Assembly (NCBI GenBank): GCA_024400125.1
Contig: JAKSNG010000004.1
Location: 20,510 to 84,509 of the forward strand
Source: Paludibacteraceae bacterium
Lineage (GTDB): Bacteria; Bacteroidota; Bacteroidia; Bacteroidales; Paludibacteraceae
Direction of reading: 5' to 3'
Length of the DNA: 64,000 nt
Of the stretch, positions 55,826 through 64,000 are shown piece by piece. The stretch's first letter is position 1; the number at the start of each line of letters is the position of its first letter. The position numbers and the translations under genes were made by a program. Under the pieces are notes generated by a model, which saw only the letters and a program-made list of their open reading frames with translations, did not search any database and was not told the DNA's origin.

Positions 55826-58639
55826 CTAATATTTCGTCACTAAGTTTCGATCACCAAATCCGTTATCTACACGTCCTACAGGAATCCAGAACTTATTCTC
55901 GCGCACCCATTGAGTAGGATAAGCAGCTTTCTCACGTCCATAGACATGATGCCACTCGTCGGCTGCGATTTCGTATTCTGCGTGAGGAGCATTAACCAGC
56001 ACGTTATCAGTGGCATCCACTTCACCGCGCTCAATCTCTGCAATCTCAGCACGGATAGTGAGTAAGGCGTCAATAAATTGGTCAAGTTCATGTTTCGACT
56101 CCGACTCCGTAGGTTCAACCATTAGTGTACCATGTACTGGGAATGAGAGCGTAGGTGCGTGGTAGCCAAAGTCCATAAGTCGTTTAGCTATATCAGATTC
56201 CGTGATTCCTATGGTATGGAATTGGCGGCAGTCAAGTATCAGTTCGTGTCCAACACGTCCTTGTACTCCCGTATAGACAATACCGTATGCGTCACGCAGC
56301 TTAGCAGCCATATAGTTCGCGCTGAGGATAGCGGCAGCAGTTGCTTCGCGCAGTCCACGCGCTCCCATCATACGGATGTAACCGTATGAGATAAGTGCCA
56401 TATTAGCATTTCCGTACAATGCAGAAGATACGCGATTTAAGTCTTCGGACGGCATAGACGATGCCAATTCAGCCGTGCAGCATATTGCACCTACTCCAGG
56501 ACCACCACCACCGTGTGGGGAAGCAAATGACTTGTGAAGATTAAGGTGGCAAACATCGGCGCCAATCGTACCAGGATTGGTGTAACCAATCTGCGCATTC
56601 ATATTCGCACCATCCATATAAACAAGACCTCCGTTGGCATGGATAATCTGACACATTTCACGAATAGTCATCTCAAAAATACCGTGTGTAGAAGGATATG
56701 TAATCATACAACCCGCAAGGGTATCTTTATATGTTTCAGCCTTCGAACACCAATCTTCTAAATCTGTATTACCCCCTTCGTCGCATTTTACTACCACAGG
56801 AACAAATCCAGCTTGAGCGCAAGAAGCAGGGTTCGTGCCGTGCGCAGACTCCGGAATAAGTAAGATATTGCGTGCATGTTGTCCTTGCGCCCACAGGTAT
56901 TGACGAATAGTAACTAAGCCCGCATATTCACCTGCGGCACCACTGGTAGGTTGTAGATTACATGCAGCAAAACCTGTAATCGTAATGAGTTGCTGTTTGA
57001 GTTCATCGAGCAGCAATCTATATCCTCCCACTTGCTCTTGTGGTGCTAAAGGATGGACTGCACCCCACCCTGGCATAGTCACAGGAATCATTGCAGCAGC
57101 AGGGTTCAGTTTCATAGTGCATGAACCCAATGGAATCATCGTATGTGTGAGGCTGATGTCTTTGCGGTCTAAGCGCTTGATGAATCGCATCATGTCTGTC
57201 TCTGTGTGATAGAGTTGGAAGACTTCCGCTTGCATATAATCGACTTCGCGTACACGGCTTTCGTCAATAGACCATAAGCCGTCAAAGGCTTCTTCGCTAT
57301 CTTCGTATTGTGCCAGGTTGTCGCTAAACTCGGCAAAGAGTTCGATGAGGTCATTCATCGTGTTGATGGTCACCGTCTCGTCTATACTCAATCCAATCCA
57401 ACCTTCTGGGTCGTAATAGCAGTTGATACCTCTTTCTTCTGCTGCTTGACGAAAATCTGCCACTTTACCTTGTGTGAGACGAATCTTGAGCGTGTCAAAG
57501 AACTCCACATTCTCTTGTTCGTAGCCGTATGCTTGCAGCATTTCGTTGAGATAAGCAGCCTTGCTATGAATACTTTCTGCAATCGTGCGTACACCTTCTG
57601 CACCATGATAAACGCCATAGAATCCAGCCATCATTGCGCATAATGCTTCTGCAGTACAAATGTTTGAAGTAGCTTTTTCGCGTTTGATATGTTGTTCACG
57701 AGTCTGTAAAGCCAAACGATAAGCAGGATGGTCGTGACTATCTTTACTCAAGCCAATTATACGTCCTGGCATATCACGTTTGAACTCATCACGGGTAGCC
57801 ATGTAACCAGCTGTAGCGCCGCCAAATCCCATTTGCAAGCCAAAGCGTTGTGCGGAACCCACCATAATGTCTGCGTGTAGCGGTTTAAGCAAAGCAAGTG
57901 CCATCAAATCAGCAATGATAGTGACTTTGAGTCCAGCTTGTTGGCATTGTTGGATGAAGTAGTCATAGTCTTCTATCGACCCGTCTGCATTAGGATATTG
58001 TACTATGGCACCAAAGTAGGTCTCGTCTGGCGTAAATGAAGCATAATCGCCAATGACAAGTTCTATTCCTTGTCCAGCAGCACGTGTGTGCATAACCGAT
58101 AAAGTGTTAGCAAAAATCTTGCGATCCACAAAGACTTTGGTCACGTTATTCTTCACTTGCTCACGTGAGCGCAAGTTGCGCATCATTGTTACTGCTTCGC
58201 CAGCTGCCGTCGCCTCGTCCAAGAGGGAACAGTTAGCCAAAGGCAATCCTGTGAGGTCACTAATCATTGTTTGATAGATAAAGAGTGCTTCCAAACGTCC
58301 TTGACTGACTTCGGCTTGATAAGGAGTATAGGAAGTGTACCAAACAGGGTTTTCTAAGACATTACGTTGAATAACTGCAGGTGTAATCGTGCCATACCAG
58401 CCCCGTCCAATAAGACTTTTGAAAGGCAAGTTATGCTCTGCCATTGCTGCCATGGAGTCTAAATGTTCCTGTTCAGTCAATGGCTCGTCTAAGTCTAAAT
58501 CTTCCTCTAACAGAATCTCTTTAGGCATCGTTTGCTCAATGAGTTGCTCGATGGAATTGACGCCGATGGTTTGTAACATAGCCTGCTGGTCTTGTTCGCT
58601 GAGGCCGATGTGTCTATCTTTCAAATAATTAGGTTTCAT
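55826..58639 (-). CDS. gcvP: glycine dehydrogenase (decarboxylating), single-chain P protein
   Basis: 937 aa with the PLP-lysine motif HLNLHKSFASPHGGGGPG. Confidence 0.95.
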   Translation of the reverse strand: MKPNYLKDRHIGLSEQDQQAMLQTIGVNSIEQLIEQTMPKEILLEEDLDLDEPLTEQEHLDSMAAMAEHNLPFKSLIGRGWYGTITPAVIQRNVLENPVWYTSYTPYQAEVSQGRLEALFIYQTMISDLTGLPLANCSLLDEATAAGEAVTMMRNLRSREQVKNNVTKVFVDRKIFANTLSVMHTRAAGQGIELVIGDYASFTPDETYFGAIVQYPNADGSIEDYDYFIQQCQQAGLKVTIIADLMALALLKPLHADIMVGSAQRFGLQMGFGGATAGYMATRDEFKRDMPGRIIGLSKDSHDHPAYRLALQTREQHIKREKATSNICTAEALCAMMAGFYGVYHGAEGVRTIAESIHSKAAYLNEMLQAYGYEQENVEFFDTLKIRLTQGKVADFRQAAEERGINCYYDPEGWIGLSIDETVTINTMNDLIELFAEFSDNLAQYEDSEEAFDGLWSIDESRVREVDYMQAEVFQLYHTETDMMRFIKRLDRKDISLTHTMIPLGSCTMKLNPAAAMIPVTMPGWGAVHPLAPQEQVGGYRLLLDELKQQLITITGFAACNLQPTSGAAGEYAGLVTIRQYLWAQGQHARNILLIPESAHGTNPASCAQAGFVPVVVKCDEGGNTDLEDWCSKAETYKDTLAGCMITYPSTHGIFEMTIREMCQIIHANGGLVYMDGANMNAQIGYTNPGTIGADVCHLNLHKSFASPHGGGGPGVGAICCTAELASSMPSEDLNRVSSALYGNANMALISYGYIRMMGARGLREATAAAILSANYMAAKLRDAYGIVYTGVQGRVGHELILDCRQFHTIGITESDIAKRLMDFGYHAPTLSFPVHGTLMVEPTESESKHELDQFIDALLTIRAEIAEIERGEVDATDNVLVNAPHAEYEIAADEWHHVYGREKAAYPTQWVRENKFWIPVGRVDNGFGDRNLVTKY

Positions 58640-58694
58640 ATCGGTATTAGTTTATTTGTCTGTGATATTAAACGATATTTCAAATTACTATACT

Positions 58695-59429
58695 TTATTT
58701 GTTGTACTCTAAGATGTCATTAAGTCCTTTGAGAACAAGGTGCTTTTCTTGACGAACAGGAGTATGAATGTTGTTGATTATATAAGGAGCGTTACCGCCT
58801 GTGAGGAAGATTTCAAAGTGGTCGCAACGCTCTTCTAATGTGCGTATATACCCTTTCACTTCTAATGTAACCCCACGAATAACACCTATCGCTATCGCGT
58901 CGCGCGTATTGCGTCCATATAATGGGATAAGTTCGTTTTCTTCGACCTCCACTTGTGGCAATTTCTTAGTCATCTGTCGCAGAATAGTGAGCCGCATCTT
59001 GATACCCGGAGCAATATTTCCGCCTAAGAACTCGTTTTTATCCGACACAAAGTCGTATGTGATTGCGGATCCTGCATCAATAATAAGTAAGTTCGTATTA
59101 GGACAAATCGCAGCCGCTCCTACGGCAGCAGCCAAACGGTCTTGTCCTAATGTTTCGGGAGTTGCATAGGTATTGACGATAGGAATAGGCGTCAAGTGAT
59201 CAAATAAGATGAAGTGTTTGCTATGCCGCGATAAGGAGTTGACTACGGCAGGGTCAATATTTACTACAGATGAGATGATACTATCCGTAATAGGATATAG
59301 CGAAAATAGTCGATCAATATCGGCTGATGTAAAGACTTTGTAGATGAAGTTCTTTACAATCTTTCCTTGCTCGTCAAAGAGCGCTATTTTTGTACGGCTA
59401 TTGCCTTGATCAATACACAAGTTCATCAT
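58695..59429 (-). CDS. coaX: type III pantothenate kinase
   Basis: The N-terminal IDQGNSRTK motif, at 244 aa. Confidence 0.88.
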   Translation of the reverse strand: MMNLCIDQGNSRTKIALFDEQGKIVKNFIYKVFTSADIDRLFSLYPITDSIISSVVNIDPAVVNSLSRHSKHFILFDHLTPIPIVNTYATPETLGQDRLAAAVGAAAICPNTNLLIIDAGSAITYDFVSDKNEFLGGNIAPGIKMRLTILRQMTKKLPQVEVEENELIPLYGRNTRDAIAIGVIRGVTLEVKGYIRTLEERCDHFEIFLTGGNAPYIINNIHTPVRQEKHLVLKGLNDILEYNK

Positions 59430-61111
59430 TAATCTTCTGCTGTAGAAGTGTATAAGAAACGTTTGATAGATTTCTTAGGAGTTTTTTCAAACTCGTGCGG
59501 ATAGAGTTTTATTTTTGTTATCTGCTCATAGTCAGCCAATTGCGCGTTCAGGTTCTTACGATTCTCTTCCATTGCTTCTTCCAATTTCTCGCGCGAGAGA
59601 TGACTATTATCTACTGCATCGTAGTCGGGACAAACCAAGGCAATGAGATGGTCTTGGTGTTGGATAATCAAAGACTCCATCACGTATGGCATGTTATTGA
59701 GTTTGGCTTCAATCTCTTCAGGGTAGATATTTTGTCCTGATGCGCCTAAGAGCATCGTCTTATTACGTCCTTTAATGAATAAGTACCCTTCCTCATCAAT
59801 TAGACCTAAGTCGCCAGTCTTTAGCCAGCCATCTTTGGTGAACGTATCTTTGGTAGCCTGCTCATTCTTATAGTAGCCTTGCATAAGATGTTCTCCTTTG
59901 ACTTGAATTTCACCTACCCCATCTTTATTCGGACGGTCTATACGTGCTTCCATTAAGCCTGGAATCATTTTTCCGCATGAACCACTTTTCCAATCAGGAG
60001 CTAAAGAGAACGAAATGAGCGGAGCACATTCAGTCATGCCGTAGCCCACAGAGAACGGGAAACGAATGCGTTTCAAGAACTGCTCTACTTCGGCATTGAG
60101 TGGCGCTCCACCAATGATTACTTGACTGAACTCGCCACCAAAAGCATCTATCAACTGCTGACGAATCTTGCCCAAAACGACTTCGTCTAAGTAGGGCACT
60201 TTTAGTACCCATGACACAGGCGCTTTAGATATTTGGGGCACAATTTGCTTCTTATAAATCTTCTCTAAGATGAGCGGAACAGAGATAATTAAAGTGGGTT
60301 TAACCTCTGCGAATGCTTGTAGTAAGATTTTAGGAGATGGAGTTCGCCCAATAAAATAAGTATGACCACCAGCATAAAGGTTACCCAAGAAATCGACTGC
60401 ACAACCGTATGCATGTGCCAATGGCAAGAATGCTACATGACGTCCACCAGGGAAGATACGCTTCGTTTCCACAAAGAACTTATTGTGTCCTGCTAACGCA
60501 TTGAGCGGAGTAACCACGCCCTTAGAGAAACCTGTCGTTCCAGAGGTATAGTTGATGGATGCAATCTTGTTATTTGGACGTTCTGCATAGCGCACATCCT
60601 CTTTGGTAAAGCCGTTGGGATATTTACGTTGGAAGGCTTCCGCTGCCCACTCCCAACTGATAGGTTTAGAAGTGATGCGCGTGGATAGTGTCTTCATGTC
60701 CGCTAAAGAATATACCGACACGACGTTATCCATTTGCTCGATGTCTAACCCCTCCCAAATAAGATCAGAAATAAAGAGAAGTTTTGACTCCGAGTGATTG
60801 ATGATATGCAGGGCGTCATTGGCTTTGAAATCTTGCAAGATGGGCACAATAATAGCACCGTATGTAACAGCAGCCATATAAACAGTGACCCAATTGCAGT
60901 TATTTCGACCCATAACGGCAATTTTTTCATCTTTTTTGATACCACATTGCTTAAAAAGCAAATGTAACCGTGCGATTCTGGCTGCCAACTGACCGTATGT
61001 CAATGTGTTAGTCGTACCATAATCGGTTATCGCCTCTAAGTCCCAATGTTCTTGGAAAGAGGTCTGATACATGTAAATAAAATTATCTTCTAAAGCTGTC
61101 AACATAGGCAT
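59429..61111 (-). CDS. AMP-dependent acyl-CoA synthetase (long-chain fatty acid--CoA ligase-like)
   Basis: AMP-binding motif INYTSGTTGFSKGV, plus GYGMTE and GWLKTGDLG. Confidence 0.85.
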   Translation of the reverse strand: MPMLTALEDNFIYMYQTSFQEHWDLEAITDYGTTNTLTYGQLAARIARLHLLFKQCGIKKDEKIAVMGRNNCNWVTVYMAAVTYGAIIVPILQDFKANDALHIINHSESKLLFISDLIWEGLDIEQMDNVVSVYSLADMKTLSTRITSKPISWEWAAEAFQRKYPNGFTKEDVRYAERPNNKIASINYTSGTTGFSKGVVTPLNALAGHNKFFVETKRIFPGGRHVAFLPLAHAYGCAVDFLGNLYAGGHTYFIGRTPSPKILLQAFAEVKPTLIISVPLILEKIYKKQIVPQISKAPVSWVLKVPYLDEVVLGKIRQQLIDAFGGEFSQVIIGGAPLNAEVEQFLKRIRFPFSVGYGMTECAPLISFSLAPDWKSGSCGKMIPGLMEARIDRPNKDGVGEIQVKGEHLMQGYYKNEQATKDTFTKDGWLKTGDLGLIDEEGYLFIKGRNKTMLLGASGQNIYPEEIEAKLNNMPYVMESLIIQHQDHLIALVCPDYDAVDNSHLSREKLEEAMEENRKNLNAQLADYEQITKIKLYPHEFEKTPKKSIKRFLYTSTAED

Positions 61112-61116
61112 ATAGT

Positions 61117-62784
61117 TTATAATTTCGTATATAAGAAGCGTTTGATAGACTTTTTAGGAGTTTTCTCGAACTCGTGTGGATAAAGTATGAGTTGGGAAAT
61201 CTGCTCATAACTTGCCAATTGCGCATTGAGGTTGCGTCGATTCGTTTCCATAGCGGCTTCGAGCATCTCTTTGGTCAAGTGATCGGCATCGACAGATGGA
61301 TAATCAGGACAAACCAATGCCAATAGGCTACCGTCCGAGTGTTTGACCACGAGCGACTCCAACACGTACGGCATATTATTGAGTTTGGACTCGATTTCTT
61401 CTGGGAAGATATTTTGTCCTGAGGAACCTAATATGATGGTGTTGTTACGTCCTTTAATATAAACGAATCCGTCTTCATCCACGATACCTAAATCGCCCGT
61501 CTTGAGCCAGCCATCTTTGGTGAAAGCCATACGAGAAGCCTCTTCGTTCTTATAATAGCCAATCATCACGTTTTCGCCTCTAACTTGTATTTCTCCGACA
61601 CCTTCTTCATTGGGTTCGTTAATGCGCACTTCCATCAAGCCAGGTAACGGTTTTCCGCAGGACTGTGTGCGGTATTCAGCACTCTTGCAATAACTAATAA
61701 GAGGAGCACATTCAGTCATGCCATAACCCACTGTATAAGGGAAATGAATGCGTTTGAGGAACTCGTCCACTTCGGCGTTGAGTGGAGCTCCGCCCACGAT
61801 GATTTCATCAAAGTTACCGCCGAACGCATCAACCAAAGCCTGACGCATTTTGCCCAGCAACACTTCGTCTAACAGCGGCATCTTCAACACCCAGTTGATG
61901 GACGATTTCTTGAGGTGTGGCACAATCTGCGTCTTGTATATCTTCTCTAAGATGAGCGGCACAGTAAAGACGCAAGTGGGCTTGATTTCCTGGAATGCTT
62001 GCAGCAATATCTTAGGCGAAGGAGTGCGTCCAATAAACCACGAATGAGCACCCGTTGCAAACGATGTCAGGAAATCAAATGCACAACCAAAGGCGTGTGC
62101 TAATGGCAGGAATACGACTTGACGACTCTCGTGATATACCACATGATTAGATGAGCAGAAGAGCACATTTCCTGCCAACGCATTGAGCGGAGTAACCACG
62201 CCTTTAGAAAAACCTGTCGTACCAGAGGTGTAGTTGATAGATGCGATGTCAGCATTGGGTTTATTGCAGAACTTCACATCCGACGGCTGCAAACCATTGG
62301 GATACTTAGCATCAAAGGCTGCATCAATCACTTGAGGTGACAGTTTATTGGCGTCAACATGTTCTATGGTAGCAATAATAGAGAAATCGGTCAATGAAAT
62401 AACCGCCTCAACCTGTTCCATCTGAGTGATATCGAGATTCTCATAGAGAAAGTCCGAAATCAGCAGCAGACGCGATTCTGAGTGATTGATGATATGTAAG
62501 GCATCGTTAGCTCTAAAATCTTGCAAGATAGGTACAACAATAGCACCGTATGTGATTATCGCTAAGTAAGAAGTTACCCAGTTGCAGTTGTTTTTACCCA
62601 CCAAAGAAATCTTATCATTCTTAGCAATACCTAATTCTTGGAAGAGTATATGCAAGTGGGCAATTTCGGCTGCCACATCGGCGTACGACATCGTTTTATC
62701 GGTGCCGTAGTCGGTGAACGCTGGACGATCCCAGTTATCGACAATCGACTTGCGTAATGTTTCTATAAAAGGTTCCTGAATCAT
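61117..62784 (-). CDS. AMP-dependent acyl-CoA synthetase (tandem paralog)
   Basis: Same motifs, and collinear high similarity to 59429..61111 along the full length. Confidence 0.85.
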   Translation of the reverse strand: MIQEPFIETLRKSIVDNWDRPAFTDYGTDKTMSYADVAAEIAHLHILFQELGIAKNDKISLVGKNNCNWVTSYLAIITYGAIVVPILQDFRANDALHIINHSESRLLLISDFLYENLDITQMEQVEAVISLTDFSIIATIEHVDANKLSPQVIDAAFDAKYPNGLQPSDVKFCNKPNADIASINYTSGTTGFSKGVVTPLNALAGNVLFCSSNHVVYHESRQVVFLPLAHAFGCAFDFLTSFATGAHSWFIGRTPSPKILLQAFQEIKPTCVFTVPLILEKIYKTQIVPHLKKSSINWVLKMPLLDEVLLGKMRQALVDAFGGNFDEIIVGGAPLNAEVDEFLKRIHFPYTVGYGMTECAPLISYCKSAEYRTQSCGKPLPGLMEVRINEPNEEGVGEIQVRGENVMIGYYKNEEASRMAFTKDGWLKTGDLGIVDEDGFVYIKGRNNTIILGSSGQNIFPEEIESKLNNMPYVLESLVVKHSDGSLLALVCPDYPSVDADHLTKEMLEAAMETNRRNLNAQLASYEQISQLILYPHEFEKTPKKSIKRFLYTKL

Positions 62785-63158
62785 AATGCAGAAGAAGATA
62801 CTTTATACACGATGAATTGACTATTTCCGCGCCAAGGCAAAGTGCCGAGGTAGCGCTTCCAATACAATTTGATTTGTTGATTAGAGACGCTGTCGAGGGT
62901 AGCAACCACCTGCTCATCTTCTACTGAGAAACGAAACTCATTGGACTGGATAGTCGCTGTACCCTTACTTTTGTAGCCAGTCTGAATCATCTTGCCTTCA
63001 TAGGTCTTGAAGATAAATCCTTCCCGTTGGAAATAGTTGATGTCGCCTTCATTGACGCCCTCGCTATACACGAAGAAGAACTTCACAAAAATGAACGCAG
63101 CTAAAGCTACTACTAAAACGGTTGACAGAATTGTCCATACTTTGGTTTTTGTACTCAT
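62781..63158 (-). CDS. hypothetical membrane-anchored protein
   Basis: The ATG at 63158 (MSTKTKVWTILSTVLVVALAAFIF) was chosen, because the TTG at 63197 would overlap the promoter. It has a single N-terminal TM. No family recognised. Confidence 0.55.
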   Translation of the reverse strand: MSTKTKVWTILSTVLVVALAAFIFVKFFFVYSEGVNEGDINYFQREGFIFKTYEGKMIQTGYKSKGTATIQSNEFRFSVEDEQVVATLDSVSNQQIKLYWKRYLGTLPWRGNSQFIVYKVSSSAL

Positions 63159-63194
63159 AACTATATTTTTAAAAAGATTTTCCCAATTACGCTG

Positions 63195-63226
63195 CAAAAG
63201 TACAAATATTTTTTAATATTTGCAAA
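63195..63226 (-). promoter_or_regulatory. promoter of the 62781-63158 / acyl-CoA synthetase genes
   Basis: The minus strand reads TTTG (63223-63226), a 20-nt spacer, then TACTTTTG (63195-63202). Confidence 0.65.
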
Positions 63227-63255
63227 TAACACACCTCTTTTATGCAAAACATTTT

Positions 63256-63300
63256 CAACTTTTGGAACTTTTGCAACTTTTTTCACTTTTTTTTCTTTTA
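63256..63300. repeat. 5 x 9-bp tandem array (nAACTTTTn family) between divergent promoters
   Basis: The units read CAACTTTTG GAACTTTTG CAACTTTTT TCACTTTTT TTTCTTTTA. Confidence 0.8.
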
Positions 63301-63302
63301 CA

Positions 63303-63334
63303 TTTGCATATATGCAAAAAAAAGAGTATCTTTG
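63303..63334 (+). promoter_or_regulatory. valS promoter
   Basis: TTTG 63303-63306, a 20-nt spacer, then TATCTTTG 63327-63334. Confidence 0.65.
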
Positions 63335-63358
63335 CGCGTTTTTTTGTAATATAAATAT

Positions 63359-64000
63359 ATGGAATCAAAGTACAATCCTGCAGACATTGAGCAACGCTGG
63401 TATCAATACTGGCTTGATAACAAACTTTTCCATTCCGAGCCGGATGGTCGTGAACCGTTTACCGTAGTTATTCCGCCCCCTAATGTGACGGGTGTTTTGC
63501 ACATGGGTCACGTGTTGAATGAGACGATTCAAGATGTGCTTGTTCGTCGCGCACGTTTAGAGGGCAAAAATGCCTGCTGGGTGCCTGGAACAGACCATGC
63601 TTCGATTGCGACAGAAGCGAAAGTGATTAAGCGTCTCAAGGAGCAAGGCATCAATAAGACCGACCTGACGCGCGAGCAGTTCTTGAAGCACGCGTGGGAC
63701 TGGACGGAGGAGCACGGAGGCATTATTCTGCAACAATTACGCAAATTAGGTTGCTCATGCGACTGGGACCGTACCGCGTTCACAATGGACGAAACACGTT
63801 CAAAAGCCGTTATCGCAACCTTCTGCGACCTCTATCGTAAAGGGCTCATTTACCGCGGATTACGTATGGTCAATTGGGATCCAGAACGTCAAACTGCTTT
63901 GTCTGATGAGGAAGTCATCTACCAAGAGGAGCATAGCCATTTGTACTATCTCAAGTATGAAGTGGTAGAGCAGCCTGGTAAATACTGTATCGTTGCCACG
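63359..64000 (+). CDS. valS: valine--tRNA ligase, 3' end beyond the window
   Basis: My own translation from the ATG at 63359 is [18 protein letters not shown]...[13 protein letters not shown] (HIGH motif). The frame stays open to nt 64000. The ORF is absent from the ORF track because it has no stop in the window. Confidence 0.9.
   Translation, partial: MESKYNPADIEQRWYQYWLDNKLFHSEPDGREPFTVVIPPPNVTGVLHMGHVLNETIQDVLVRRARLEGKNACWVPGTDHASIATEAKVIKRLKEQGINKTDLTREQFLKHAWDWTEEHGGIILQQLRKLGCSCDWDRTAFTMDETRSKAVIATFCDLYRKGLIYRGLRMVNWDPERQTALSDEEVIYQEEHSHLYYLKYEVVEQPGKYCIVAT

Noticed and set aside
61175-61183. A perfect DnaA box complement, TGTGGATAA.
   Set aside because: It is a single copy inside the coding sequence of the acyl-CoA synthetase, where it encodes part of the conserved LYPHEFEK segment. 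The paralog has TGCGGATAG at the same place, so this is not evidence for an origin.

Overview
The window is a chromosomal segment from a Bacteroidota genome, probably Bacteroidales and Prevotellaceae-like. This is inferred from repeated TTTG-N19-21-TAnnTTTG promoters, a T9SS-type C-terminal domain, and the gene content. About 48 protein genes fill roughly 90 percent of the sequence. Most are housekeeping: trpS, lpdA, nadA, mnmA, fabD, aspS, lon, mtaB, mfd, dnaX, dnaA, gcvP, coaX and valS. The complete succinate-to-propionate module is also present (methylmalonyl-CoA epimerase, Na+-pumping methylmalonyl-CoA decarboxylase, and the B12-dependent mutase mutA/mutB). No rRNA, tRNA, CRISPR array, transposase, integrase or recognisable defence gene was seen. 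The non-routine content is as follows. (1) 16.8-18.95 kb is an accessory islet. It holds a strong promoter firing into a ~300-nt ORF-less, terminator-capped unit, two AT-rich small membrane proteins, and a four-helix-bundle (IVS/Avd-family) gene bracketed by strictly 8-bp-periodic CTAG arrays. (2) 23.5-28.7 kb holds four tandem secreted endonuclease I paralogs that share a ~25-aa C-terminal tail conserved even at the DNA level. (3) 33.0-44.3 kb holds a 3114-aa surface protein built as two copies of [~270-aa globular domain + about 15 cadherin-like repeats], ending in a canonical T9SS tail. Next to it is an orphan 551-aa secreted protein that carries the nuclease-type short tail. (4) A family of short-period (7, 8, 9 and 11 bp) degenerate tandem arrays fills intergenic spacers, and one copy sits in frame inside mnmA. 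(5) A 400-bp ORF-less spacer at 5.8-6.2 kb carries 11-bp-phased direct repeats and a candidate divergent promoter. I see no complete novel multi-gene system that I can name with confidence. The items above are the candidates worth follow-up.
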